This document shows, one piece after another, positions 25,941 through 40,378 of a stretch of 64,000 nucleotides of DNA. Within the stretch, counting starts at the first letter, position 1; each line of letters starts with the position of its first letter. Below the pieces are notes generated by a model. That model did not search any database. It was given only the letters and a program-made list of their open reading frames with translations, and was not told the DNA's origin. Location: the NCBI GenBank assembly GCA_951406725.2, contig OX597838.1:1-64000 (forward strand). Direction: 5' to 3'. Origin of the DNA: Octopus vulgaris (taxonomy: Eukaryota). A program made the translations under genes and the position numbers.

Positions 25941-26575
25941 CCTGGGTCCCTTGATTGTGGTGGTCTTGAGTGCTGTTGTGAGTGCCCCTGGCTCTGAAGA
26001 CGATGTATCCAGGCCAGTTGTCCCACAATTTTCTCTGCTATTTCCACAAAATTTCTTTGTTCTGCTGCCGCCGTCTGCATTTCCTCTGCAAATGTGCGCC
26101 TTCTCCTTGTTGGGGCATTACGCACTATGTCTGCATATTTCTGGGGCAGCTTGTATTTGTTCTGGTTTTGGTTTCGGTCTTCGTTTTGGTTAAGGCATTT
26201 TGGTCGAGTGGGTTTGATGCAATTTCCATAGGGCCTGGGATGAGCGAACCTGCATCCTTCCCCTGTTTCTCCATGCCAGCAGGTTCCATTCCGGAAGAAT
26301 TTGCATGTTATCTGGGTTTTCTTGTCCCCAGTTCCTCTCTGTTTTTTCTTCCTCCGTTGGACGGTTGTCCACTGGTTCCTTTCTGCATAGGTATTTTCAT
26401 CCGGGTGGTTATTTTCCGTTTCCCCATCGCCGCCTATCTGTTGTTTGCCCTGCTTGCCTTCTTCGACTGTGGCAGTGGGCGTGTCATTTTTTGACACTCT
26501 GTGGTTGGTGTTTCCTGTTTCCATCTCTCTCTCTTTGTCTTTGTCCACCTTGAGGACTTGGCTTAGCAAAGCCAT
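25859..26575 (-). CDS. LINE ORF1 fragment with a CCCH-type zinc finger
   Basis: CKFFRNGTCWHGETGEGCRFAHP; the frame stays open upstream to the truncation junction at ~26646. Confidence 0.75.
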   Translation of the reverse strand: MALLSQVLKVDKDKEREMETGNTNHRVSKNDTPTATVEEGKQGKQQIGGDGETENNHPDENTYAERNQWTTVQRRKKKQRGTGDKKTQITCKFFRNGTCWHGETGEGCRFAHPRPYGNCIKPTRPKCLNQNEDRNQNQNKYKLPQKYADIVRNAPTRRRRTFAEEMQTAAAEQRNFVEIAEKIVGQLAWIHRLQSQGHSQQHSRPPQSRDPGWPPLTPAQVPHRQPLLTPQISHQCFC

Positions 26576-27192
26576 GTGTGGTGCAATGAGAGTGTAGGCC
26601 CTTTCGACTTCTCTTTTCTTCCTCTCTACTTCTCTTTTCTTCCTCTATATAAATATATACATACATATATATATATAAATATATACATACATTATATATA
26701 TATATATAAAAATATATATACATACATTATATATATATATATATAAATATATACATACATTATATATATATATATATATATATACATACATTATATATAT
26801 ATATATATAAATATATACATACACTATATATATATATATATATAAATATATACATACATTATATATATATATATATATAAATATATACATACATTATATA
26901 TATATCATCATCATCATCATCGTCGTTTAACGTCCGTTCTCCATGCTAGCATGGGTTGGACGGTTCGACCGGGGTTCTGGGAAGCCAGAAGGCTGCACCA
27001 GGCTCCAGTCTAAATTTGGCAATGTTTCTACAGCTGGATGCCCTTCCTAACGCCATATATATATATAAATATATATACATATATATATATAAATATATAT
27101 ACATACATTATATATATATATATATATATATATACATACATTATATATATATATATAAATATATACATACATTATATATATATATATAATAT

Positions 27193-27232
<40 letters not shown>

Positions 27233-27305
27233 TATATATATATATATATAAATACATACATTATATATATATATATATAAATACATACATTATATATATA
27301 CATAC

Positions 27306-27374
<69 letters not shown>

Positions 27375-27506
27375 TACATACATAATATATATATATATAT
27401 ATATATACATTATATATATAAATATATATACATACATTATATATATATATATATACATACATTATATAACCCATGCTAGCATGGAGAACGGACGTTATAC
27501 ATACAT

Positions 27507-27566
<60 letters not shown>

Positions 27567-28404
27567 TATATACATACATTATATATATATATACATTATA
27601 TATATATATATATACATTATATATATATATATACATACATATATAAATATATATATATATACATACATATATAAATATATATATATATATAAATATATAT
27701 ACATACATATATACATATATACATACATATATAAATATATATATATATAAATATATATACATACATATATAAATATATATACATACATATATACATTATA
27801 TATATATATACATACATATATAAATATATATATATATAAATATATATACATACATATATACATTATATATATATACATACATATATAAATATATATATAT
27901 ATAAATATATATACATACATATATACATTATATATATATACATACATATATAAATATATATATATATAAATATATATACATACATATATACATTATATAT
28001 ATATACATACATATATAAATATATATATATATAAATATATATACATACATATATACATTATATATATATAAATATATACATACATTATATATATATATAA
28101 ATATATACATACATTATATATATATATATATATAATATATACATACATTATATATATATATAAATATATATACATAAATTATATATATATATATATAAAT
28201 ATATACATACATTATATATATATATATATAATATATACATACATAAATTATATATATATATATATATAATATATACATACATTATATATATATATATAAA
28301 TATATACATACATACATTATATATATATATATATACATACATTATATATATATATAAATATATATACATACATTATATATATATATAAATATATATACAT
28401 ACAT

Positions 28405-28437
<33 letters not shown>

Positions 28438-28589
28438 TACATACATTATATATATATATATATAAATATATATACATACATTATATATATATATATATAT
28501 ATATATAAATATATATACATACATTATATATATATATAAATATATATACATACATTATATATATATATATAAATATATATACATACATT

Positions 28590-28620
<31 letters not shown>

Positions 28621-28993
28621 AATATATATACATACATATATACATTATATATATATATATACATACATATATAAATATATATATATATAAATATATATAC
28701 ATACATATATACATTATATATATATACATACATATATAAATATATATATATATAAATATATATACATACATATATACATTATATATATATATACATATAT
28801 ATATAAATATATATATATAAATATATATACATACATATATACATTATATATATATATACATACATATATAAATATATAAATATATATACATACATATATA
28901 CATTATATATATATACATACATATATACATTATATATATATACATACATATATAAATATATATATATAAATATATATACATACATATATACAT

Positions 28994-29025
<32 letters not shown>

Positions 29026-29363
29026 CATTATATATATACATACATTATATATAAATATATATATATATATATACATACATTATATATAAATATATATATA
29101 TATATATCATCATCATCATCATCGTTTAGCGTCCGCTTTCCATGCTAGCATGGGTTGGACGGTTCTACTGGGGTCTGTGAAGCCAGAAGGACTCATCAGG
29201 CCCAGTCAAATCTGGCAGTGTTTCTACGGCTGGATGCCCTTCCTAACGCCAACCACTCCGTGAGTGTAGTGGGTGCTTTTTACGTGCCACCCGCACAGGT
29301 GCCAGACAGATATACATTATATATAAATATATATATATATATACATTATATATATACATACAT

Positions 29364-29395
<32 letters not shown>

Positions 29396-29439
29396 TATAC
29401 ATACATTATATATAAATATATATATATATATACATACAT

Positions 29440-29473
<34 letters not shown>

Positions 29474-29570
29474 CATTATATATATACATACATTATATAT
29501 AAATATATATATATATATATACATTATATATATACATACATTATATATAAATATATATATATACATACAT

Positions 29571-29608
<38 letters not shown>

Positions 29609-29666
29609 ATATATATACATACATTATATATAAATATATATATATATACATTATATATATACATAC

Positions 29667-29706
<40 letters not shown>

Positions 29707-29737
29707 TATATACATACATTATATATATGTATTATAT

Positions 29738-31653
29738 ATGCATCCTACGGTGCACTGTAGGATAGGGCCACTCCTTGAAAAGGATGACACACTCACAGGA
29801 AAACCAATGAGGGTAAGTGAAATACTGAATGAACAATTCAAGAGTGTTTTCACTCCACCCCTTGGGCATTTCCAAATCAGCAATCCAACTGACTTTTTTA
29901 CCACTGCAGATATAGAATCAGAGGCGGCGACGTTAAATTACATCGATATAAAGGAAGACGATGTAATAAAGGCTATAGATGAAATGAAAATAGACTCAGC
30001 TATTGGCCCCGATGGATTCCCGGCAATCCTCCTAAAAGTATGTAAGAGAGTCTTAGCAAGACCACTGCAGTTCCTCTTTCAGAGCTTCCTTGCAGCTGGC
30101 AAACTTCCAAGAAAACTGAAGGAAGGTAAAATATGCCCTATTCATAAAGGAGGTAGCAGAGCGGAGGCCAAGAACTACAGACCTATCTCTCTGACCTCAC
30201 ACATCAGCAAGGTCATGGAACGAATAGTCAGAAGGAAACTAATCACCTTCCTTGAAGAAAATGACTTGCTGCCTGACACCCAACATGGTTTCCGACCAGG
30301 AAGAAGCTGCTTAACTCAGCTCCTGCAGCACTATGACTGGGTGCTGAAACAACTGCTCAACCACTCAAATGTGGAAGTCATATATCTCGACTTCGCAAAG
30401 GCCTTCGATAAAGTCGATCATGGAATGATATGTCACAAACTGCGTGATCTTGGCATAGTTGGAAAACTAGGAGAATGGCTTCACGACTTTCTGAAGAATA
30501 GAAGTCAGGTGGTAGTAGCCAATGGGGCCACTTCCATTAGCACGCAAATAGTGAGCGGTGTTCCACAGGGCACTGTTTTGGGACCACTACTGTTCATAAT
30601 GGCCCTCTCAGACATGCCCTCAGCCACGCAGAGAGCCACGATCACAAGTTATGCAGATGATACAAAAGTTTCACAGGCAATACAGAACCCTGAAGACACT
30701 AGGCACCTGCAATATGAGCTGGACGAAATATACAAGTGGACTGAAAAGAATAGCATGCAGTTCAATGCTGAAAAGTTTCAAGCTTTATACTATCAGCATG
30801 CAAAACTGAATGCAATACCCAAGGAATACACTGGACCCGGAGGGATTGCAACCCCAGAGGCACAATCAGTGCGTGACCTGGGTATTCACATGAGTGATGA
30901 CGCGACCTTTCATGTACATGTTGCTAAACTGACAATGAAATGCAGACGGCTGGCTGGATGGATTCTTAGAACCTTTAGAACAAGAGAACAAGAAACCATG
31001 ATGGTCCTCTGGAAGACACTTGTCCTAAGTCACTTTGACTATTGCTCTCAGCTATGGTCACCATCCAGTGTCAAGTTGATCACAGAACTTGAGGCGATCC
31101 AACAAAGCTACACGAAGAAGATAGCCTCTATGCAGAATGTAAGCTACTGGGAAAGACTCAAGAGATTAAAATTATATTCCCTGGAGCGTAGGCAGGAAAG
31201 ATATGCCATAATATACATCTGGAAGATCCTGGAGGGAAGTGTCCTGAACTTTGGCATCGAGAGTTACGCAAACGCCAGAACTGGGCGCCACTGCGTGGTG
31301 CCTAGGACTCCAAACTTGCCATCAAGATGTAGGACAAGATTCTGTGATAGCCTGGGCTTCCGAGGCCCACAGCTCTTCAATATCCTCCCGATGAACCTGA
31401 GAGACCTGCATGGGGTGGATACAGATGTCTTTAAAATGGAGCTGGATCTCTTCCTGTCAGGTGTCCCAGATGAACCAACTTCACGGCAGGAGGGGCAGAT
31501 GAGGGCAGCTGCATCGAACTCTCTCATGCACCAAATAGCAGTTGCTAGAAAGCCTCCATGAAGTGAAACCAAGTAGCAACACCAAATGGCGGTGCCCCAG
31601 CATGGCCACAGCTCGTGAGCTGAAACTGGAATCAATCAATCAATCAATCAATC
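29738..31653 (+). mobile_element. 5'-truncated CR1-group LINE (second subfamily), intact RT ORF 29738-31561, (AATC)n tail
   Basis: RT motifs homologous to 23010-24730, ending DEPT..QMRAAASNSL. Confidence 0.95.
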
Positions 31654-32295
31654 ATATATATATATACATTATATATATATATATATAATGTATGTACGTA
31701 TGTATATATATATATAATGTATATGTATATATATATGTATGTATATATATACATACATTACATATATATACATACATACATTACATATATATATATATAC
31801 ATACATACATCATCATCGTTTAACGTCCGTTCTCCATGCTAGCATGGGTTGGACGGTTCGACCGGGAATCTGGGAAGCCAGAAGGCTGCACCAGGCTCCA
31901 GTCTTATCTGGCAATGTTTCTACAGCTGGATGCCCTTCCTAACGCCAACCACTCCGTCAGTGTAGTGGGTGCTTTTTACGTGCCACCTGCACAGGTGCCA
32001 GGCGAGGCACAGTCGGATTGGTGTAGTTTACGTGCCACCGGCACGGAAGCCAGTCAAGGCGGCGCTGGCATCGGCCACGAGTCGGATAGTGCTTTTTACG
32101 TACCACCAGACCAGGGATCCTGGCTGGTTCAATTCGATTTCGATTTCGCTTGCCCCCAACATGTCTTCGCAAGCAAAGGGGGTTGGCATGGGTGCCTGTC
32201 GTCGGATGAGGTTCTATATCGACTTCGCTTGCCTCAACAGGTCTTTGTGTCCAAGGGAGGAAGGGCATGCATAAGTGGGCTGGGCTCACATACAT

Positions 32296-32335
<40 letters not shown>

Positions 32336-32537
32336 TACATATACATACATTATATATATATATATACATACATACATACATTATATATATATATATATAC
32401 ATACATACATTATATATATATATATATACATACATACATTATATATATATATATATATATAACATATATATATATATATATATACATACATTATATATAT
32501 ATATATATATACATACATTATATATATATATATATAT

Positions 32538-32584
<47 letters not shown>

Positions 32585-32588
32585 CATA

Positions 32589-32930
32589 GGCGCAGGAGTG
32601 GCTGTGTGGTAAGTAGCTTGCTAACCAACCACATGGTTCCGGGTTCAGTCCCACTGCGTGGCATCTTGGGCAAGTGTCTTCTGCTATAGCCCCGGGCCGA
32701 CCAATGCCTTGTGAGTGAATTTGGTAGACGGAAACTGAAAGAAGCCTGTCGTATATATGTATATATATATATGTATGTTTGTGTGTTTACGTCCCCGTAA
32801 CTTAGCGGTTCGGGAGACCGATAGAATAGGTACTGGGCTTACAAAAAGAATAAGTCCCGGGGTTGAGTTGCTCCAGCATGGCCGCAGTCAAATGACTGAA
32901 ACAAGTAAAAGAGTAAAAGAGAAAAGAGAG
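32589..32930 (+). mobile_element. tRNA-derived SINE with CR1-type tail
   Basis: A box TGGCTGTGTGG, B box GGTTCAGTCCC, CTTGGGCAAG core and tail CCAGCATGGCC..CTGAAACAAGTAAAAGAG. Confidence 0.9.
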
Positions 32931-32939
32931 TATACATAC

Positions 32940-32977
<38 letters not shown>

Positions 32978-33015
32978 CATACATTATATATATATATATA
33001 TATACATACATACAT

Positions 33016-33049
<34 letters not shown>

Positions 33050-33094
33050 TACACACACACATATATATATATATATACACATACATACATACAT

Positions 33095-33126
<32 letters not shown>

Positions 33127-33448
33127 CATACATACACATATATATATATACATACATACATTATATATATATACATACATACATTATATATATATATATA
33201 CATACATACATTATATATATACATACATACATTATATATATACATATATACATACATACATTATATATATATATATATACATACATACATTATATATATA
33301 TATATACATACATACATTATATATATATATATACATACATACATTATATATATATATATATATACATACATATATATATATATATATATACATACATACA
33401 TTATATATATATATATATACATACATTGTATATATATATACATACATA

Positions 33449-33479
<31 letters not shown>

Positions 33480-33517
33480 CATACATTATATATATACATA
33501 CACACAATATATATATA

Positions 33518-36500
33518 TCATCATCATCATCGTTTAACGTCCGCTTTCCATGCTAGCATGGGTTGGACGGTTCAACTGGGGTCTGGCAAGCCCGAAGGCT
33601 GCACCAGGCCAGTCAGATCTGGCAGTGTTTCTACAGCTGGATGCCCTTCCTAACGCCAACCACTCCGAGAGTGTAGTGGGTGATTTTATGTGCCACCGAC
33701 ACAAGTGCCAGACGAGGCTGGCAGATGGCCACGCACGGATGGTGTTTTTTATGTGCCACCAACACAGGTGCCAGACGAGGCTGGCAGACGGCCACGCTCG
33801 GATGGTGTTTTCTTATGTGCCACCGACACAGGTGACAGACGAGGCTGGCGAACGGCCACGCTCAGATGGTGTTTGTTACGTGCCCTCAGCACGGAGGCCA
33901 GTCGATGCGGTATTGGCTACGGTCACGTTCGGATGGTTTTCTTATGTGCCACCGGCACTGGTACCACAGGGATACAAATTCCATTGATGTTCATCTATTT
34001 TGATTTGGTTTGATTTGATTTGATTTGATTTTGATTTTCACTTGCCTCAACAGGTCTTCACAAGTGTCACAAGAAGGAAGGTATGCACAGGTGGACTGAC
34101 TACGTCCCAGGTAAGGGCCACGGGTTATGGCTTCACTAGTCTTGCCGGGTCTTCTCACGCACAGCATACTTCCATAGGTCTCGGTCTCTAGTCATTTCCA
34201 TGGTGAGACCTAACGTTTGAAGGTCATGCTTCACCACCTCGTCCCAGGTTTTCCTGGGTCTACCTCTTCCACGGGTTCCCTCAACTGCTAGGGATTGGCA
34301 CTTTCTCACACACCTATCTTCATCCATTCTCGCCACATGACCATACCAGTGCAATCGTCTCTCTTGCACACCACAACTGATGTTTCTTAGGTACAACATT
34401 TCTCTCAAGGTACTAACGCTCTGTCGAGTAAGTACACTGACATTACACATCCATCGGAGCATACTGGCTTCATTCCTCACGAGCTTACGCATGTCCTCAG
34501 CAGTCACGGCCCATGTTTCACTGCCATGTAGCATGGCTGTTCGTACACATGCATCATACAGTCTGCCTTTTACTCTGAGCGAGAGGCCTTTAGTCACCAG
34601 CAGAGGTAAGAGCTCCCTAAACTTTGCCCAGGCTATTCTTATTCTAGCAGTTACACTTTCAGCGCACCAACCCCCACTACTGACTTGATCACCTAGATAA
34701 CGGAAGCTATCAACTACTTCTAGTTTTTCCCCCGGAAAGTGACGGAAGTTGTTTTCTGCAGATTTTCGGAGGTCAATGCTCCCAAGCATCTGCTACATAC
34801 AAAAACTATCTTCCCAGTTAGCCTACCTTTGACATTGCTGCACCTCTTATGTGTCCATAGCTTACACTGGGTACATCTTATAGAGTTTCTACCTACACCT
34901 TTTCTACAGATCGAGCAGGGCCATCTTCCTGAGGATATTTGTGGATTGTCTACCTTTCTACTTATTAGTATTTTGGTTTTAGCTAGATTGACTCTAAGGC
35001 CCTTCGATTCTAAACCCTTCTTCCACACCTGGAACTTCTCCTCCAGTTCTGATAGTGACTCAGCAATTAGAGCGAGGTCGTCAGCATAGAGGAGCTCCCA
35101 GGGGCAACCTGTCTTGAATTCCTCCACAATTGCCTGGAGGACTATGATAAATAGGAGGGGGCTGAGTACTGAACCCTGGTGGACCCCAACCTCTACTTTG
35201 AATTCTTCTGTGTACATGTTGCCAACCCTAACCTTACTTACGGCATCTCTGTACATGGCTTGCACAGCCCTCACCAGCCATTCATCTATCCCTAGTTTCC
35301 TCATTGACCACCAGATGAGGGATCGGGGGACCCTGTCAAAGGCTTTCTCCATGTCAACGAAAGCCAGGTACAGGGGCTTATCTTTGGCTAGGTATTTCTC
35401 CTGCAGCTGCCTTACCAGGAATATAGCATCAGTGGTGCTTTTCCCTGGCACGAACCCAAACTGCATCTCATCTAAACTAACTCTCTCTCTAATTAGTTGG
35501 GCTATGACCCTCTCCGTAACCTTCATTACCTGATCCAACAGCTTGATACCTCTGTAATTATTTGTATCTAGGGCATCACCTTTACCTTTGTAGCAGTTGA
35601 CTAGTATGCTGCTACACCAATCATTGGGTATGACTCCTTCGTGTATCACCTGGTTGACTATACGGGTGACTAGGTTATAGCCGACACTGCCAGATATTTT
35701 GAGCATCTCTGTAGTAATTCCTGATGGGCCTGGGGCTTTCCCTGTCTTCATGCTTCTAATTGCCTTAGCTACCACAGAACTATCAACTCGGATAGCTGGT
35801 CCCTCTGTTGGGTCAACATTCGGCAGACTCTCTTTATCCCATTCATTTTCTTTATTCAGCAACCTTTCATAGTGGCATCTCCAAACCTCTCTCTTTGCAT
35901 CCTCATTTAGCGCAAGTGAACCATCATCCATGCGAACACACTTCTCTCCTACCACATCACGATTCTCTCTCACACACTGTCTTGCAACACGAAATACCTC
36001 AAGTCTTTCATCCTCACAGCTTAGAACATTGGCAAATTTTTCTTATCCGCTTCCCCTCTGGCTAAATAAACCTGTCTCCTAGCTTCCCTTCTGGCTGTCT
36101 GATACAATTCCCTGCTACCACCGTTCTTCCAGTCCTTCCAAGCCTGTCTCTTTTGTCTAATAGCCCTGTCAACCATAGTGTTTCACCACCATGTTACTCT
36201 GGGTCGAGATGGTACTTTGCTCCATCCACAGATCTGGTCAGTGGCTGTCAGCAGATTGTCCCGTAGGAATCTCCAGTTGTCTTCCACATTAAGTGAAGCT
36301 ATATCCCCTTCTATTTCGTCAAAGGCTTCGAGTAGTATGTCTCTAAATCTCTGTCCATTTGCAGGATCTTTAAGCTTCCAGACCCTTCTCCTCCAAGCTG
36401 GTCTTCTTCTGGGCAACCATTTAGCTCTGATCCTGAAGTCGCTAACTACTAATCTATGTTGAGGAGTACATTCTTCGCCTGGAAAGGTTTTGGCATTTAT

Positions 36501-36962
36501 AATCAGCCCTCTTTCCCTTTTTCTGGCAAGGATGTAGTCAATCTGGCTGGTGTGTCTGCCAGAACAGTAGGTGACTAGGTGAGAGGTGGGTTTCCTGAAG
36601 TTGGTATTGCAGACCATAAGGTCATTTGCATTGCAGAACTCCAGCAGCCTGGTTCCCTCCACATTACGAGAGCCAAAACCGTAGCCTCCATGGACGCCAT
36701 GGAAGCCCCCGACATGTCCATTGAAATCACCTGCCACGAAGAGAAGGTCACTGTCATTTGTCAACGAGGTAGTCCGCAATAGGGTGTCATAGAATTGGTC
36801 TTTTTGTCCTTCCGGTAGCCCTGGTTGAGGGGCATATGCCGAGATGATGGTAGCTGTCCTATGGTGAAGGACTAATCTAATTTTAATTACGCTGTCACTT
36901 ACTCTGACTACCTCGATTACCTTACCTACCCATTTCTCCGCAAGAAGTATACCCACGCCCCC
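33518..36962 (-). mobile_element. RTE-clade LINE, nearly complete APE-RT ORF with ~3 frameshifts, 5'-truncated
   Basis: ORFs 36183-36960 (GGVGILL, SAYAPQ, GDFNGHVG, QIDYIL, QHRLV), 34720-35973 (RT, YADD) and 34136-34789. Confidence 0.95.
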
Positions 36963-36989
36963 ACATACATACATTATATACATACATAC

Positions 36990-37025
<36 letters not shown>

Positions 37026-37093
37026 CATACATTATATATATATACATACATACATTATATATATACATACGTACATTATATATATATATATAT

Positions 37094-37294
37094 ATAATCA
37101 AAATAAGCAACAAGAATGACTCCGGTAATTTGGTACGATTGTTTCGTACTACATCATTTTATCAAATGTTGTAAGTATTACAACAGTTTTAAAATGCTGA
37201 GCATTCATCATCCAATTATAGATTGGCTGATGAGTGCTCAGCATTTTAAAACTGTTGTAATACTTACAACATTCTTGTTGCTTATTTTGATTAT
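37094..37294. repeat. Palindromic element, possibly Penelope-derived
   Basis: ~55-bp near-perfect arms centred ~37218, outer AATCAAAATAAGCAACAAGAATG arms, and a CTGATGAGTGCTCAGCA motif. Confidence 0.75.
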
Positions 37295-37391
37295 AATCAC
37301 CCCACGGATTTTTATGGATAACACCATACAGAATTCTGGTGCATCTAAAATTAAGTACCATATTCATTTGAATCTAAATTTTTGCTGAATT

Positions 37392-37424
<33 letters not shown>

Positions 37425-37442
37425 GTACACACATATGTATAC

Positions 37443-37480
<38 letters not shown>

Positions 37481-37705
37481 CATTATATATATATATATAT
37501 ACATACATTATATATATATATATATACATACATTATATATATATATATATATGCATACATTATATATATATGATCATCATCATCATCGTTTAACGTCTAG
37601 CATGGGTTGGACGGTTCGACCGGGGATCTGGGAAGCCAGAAGGCTGCACCGGGCTCCAGTCTTATCTGGCAATGTTTCTACAGCTGGATGCCCTTCCTAA
37701 CGCCG

Positions 37706-37755
<50 letters not shown>

Positions 37756-38417
37756 CATTATATATTTATATATACATACATTATACATGCCCTTCCTAAC
37801 GCCAACAATATATATACACATACATTATATATATATATATATATATATACATACATTATATATATATATATACATATACATTATATATACATATACATTA
37901 TATATATATATATACATATACATTATATATACATATACATTATATATATATATATACATATACATTATATATACATATACATTATATATATATATATACA
38001 TATACATTATATATACATATACATTATATATATATATACATATACATTATATATACATATACATTATATATATATATATATATACATATACATTATATAT
38101 ACATATACATTATATATATATATATACATATACATTATATATATATATATATATATATACATACATATATATATATATATACATACATACATTATATATA
38201 TATATACATACATACATTATATATATATATACATACATACATTATATATATATATACATACATACATTATATATATATATACATACATATACATTATATA
38301 TATATATATACATACATATACATTATATATATATATATACATACATATACATTATATATATATATACATACATATACATTATATACATACATATACATTA
38401 TATATATACATATACAT

Positions 38418-38449
<32 letters not shown>

Positions 38450-38718
38450 CATTATATATACATATACATTATATATATATATATACATATACATTATATA
38501 TATATATATATATACATTATATATATATATACATACATACATTATATATATATATACATACATACATTATATATATATATACATACATATACATTATATA
38601 TATATATACATACATATACATTATATATATATATACATACATATACATTATATATATATATACATATACATTATATATATATATATACATATACATTATA
38701 TATATATGGCGCATGTGA

Positions 38719-39055
38719 AGGCACATGGCTCAGTGGTTAGCGCGTCGAGCTTACGATCGTGAGGTTGTGAGCTCTAATCCCGGACCGGGCTGCATGTTGT
38801 GTTCTTGAGCAAAGCACTTTATTTCACGTTGCTCCAGTTCACTCAGCTGTAGAAATGAGTTGCGACGTCACTGGTGCCAAGCTGTATCGACCTTTGTCTT
38901 TCCCTTGGATAATACTGGTGGCGTGGAGAGGGAGGCTGGTATGCATGGGCGACTGCTGGTCTTCCATAAACAACCTTGCCTGGACTTGTGTCTAGGAGGG
39001 TAACTTTCTAGGTGCAATCCCATGGTCATTCATGACCGAAGGGGGTCTTTACCCT
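38719..39055 (+). mobile_element. tRNA-derived SINE (second family)
   Basis: TGGCTCAGTGGTTAG A box, decayed B box, GTGTTCTTGAGCAAAGCACTTT core. Confidence 0.85.
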
Positions 39056-39109
39056 TATATATATATATACATATACATTATATATATATATACACATTAT
39101 ATATATATA

Positions 39110-39493
39110 TGCGCAGGAGTGGCTGTGTGGTAAGTAGCTTGTTTACCAACCTCATGGTTCCGGGTTCAGTCCCACTGCGTGGCACCTTGGGCAAGTGTCT
39201 TCTACTATAGCCTCGGGCCGACCAAAGCCTTGTGAGTGGATTTGGTAGACGGAAACTGAAAGAAGCCCATCGTATATATATACGTGTGTGTGCGTGTGTT
39301 TGTCCCCCTAGCATTGCTTGACAACCGATGCTGGTGTGTTTATGTCCCCGTTACTTAGCAGTTCGGCAAAAGAGACCAATAGAATAAGTACTGGGCTTAC
39401 AAAATAATAAGTCCCGGGGTCAAGTTGCTCGATTAAAGGCGGTGCTCCAGCATGGCCGCAGTCAAATGACTGAAACAAGTAAAAAAAAAAAAA
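39110..39493 (+). mobile_element. tRNA-derived SINE, same family as 32589
   Basis: Near-identical head and tail. Confidence 0.9.
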
Positions 39494-39552
39494 ACATTAT
39501 ATATATATATATATATACATATACATTATTTATATATATATATATATAATGC

Positions 39553-39872
39553 TAAAATAATTTCATAAAAAACATTTCAGTACCGGTTTCGGCCATTGAG
39601 ACTTTTTTTCAACTGTAAGTATCGAAATCAATTAAATTTTGGAAAAATTAAAAGAAAAGTTTTTTAAAAGAATATTTGCATAGTATTCAAATATGAGACA
39701 GAGACAGGCAGAAACAAGGAAAATGCCCCTTGTATTTGAATACTATGTGAATATTCTTTTAAAAATCTTTTTGTTTAATTTTTCCAAAATCCAATTGTTT
39801 TCCATACTTATAGTTGAAAAAAGTCTCAATGACCGAAACCGGTACTGAAATGCTTTTTATAAAATTATTTTA
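39553..39872. repeat. Long inverted repeat (~145-bp arms)
   Basis: CATTTCAGTACCGGTTTCGG...CCGAAACCGGTACTGAAATG. Confidence 0.9.
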
Positions 39873-40378
39873 ATTTTTTTCTACCTTGACTTTATATATA
39901 TACATATATGTAATTAGTTTTGGTTTGGGTCTTGTGGTTAGTTCAGCAGCCTCCAGTGGGTAATTGGTTTGTGGTGTAATATGTGGGAATACAAATATAT
40001 ATTCCTATTTTATCATCCCCTCACATGATTAATAGCTACATGTTATGTAGTGAAGGAATATAATAAATGAACATGAATAGACAATGACAGTTCAATTACA
40101 TGTCACAAATGTTTCAATTGAATGGCAACTTATTTGCAGTTAGTGTATCACATAAGCTAAATTTGTCAGCCACTCCCTCAAGCATTTCAGAACCATTGAA
40201 AGTCTATTTCTTATTTCTTTCTTCTAATGTTTCTGAAATGCTTGAGGGAAAGGCTGGCAATTTTTGCATATGTAATACACTGATTGCAAACAAACTGCTT
40301 GGGTATTGAAACATTTGTACCATGTATTATGCTATTATTACTCCTTCATCTATCTATCTATTGATATATATATATATA

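Larger units (their letters stand above)
22855..26646 (-). mobile_element. Near-full-length CR1-group LINE, 5'-truncated within ORF1
   Basis: ORF1, APE-RT ORF2, and tail GGCGGTGCCCCAGCATGGCC..GCTGAAACAAGTAAAAGAG. Confidence 0.93.
20250..39550. repeat. ~19-kb compound microsatellite (TA)n-CATA-CAT-(TA)n interrupted by many retroelements
   Basis: Read directly from sequence; the YI/IY ORFs here are artefacts. Confidence 0.97.

Noticed and set aside
32589-32660. tRNA-like sequences (also 38719, 39110, 52440)
   Set aside because: They are SINE heads with A/B boxes but no complete cloverleaf.
20429-38740. Dozens of YI/IY-rich ORFs
   Set aside because: They are stop-free frames of the TA/CATA repeat, not genes.
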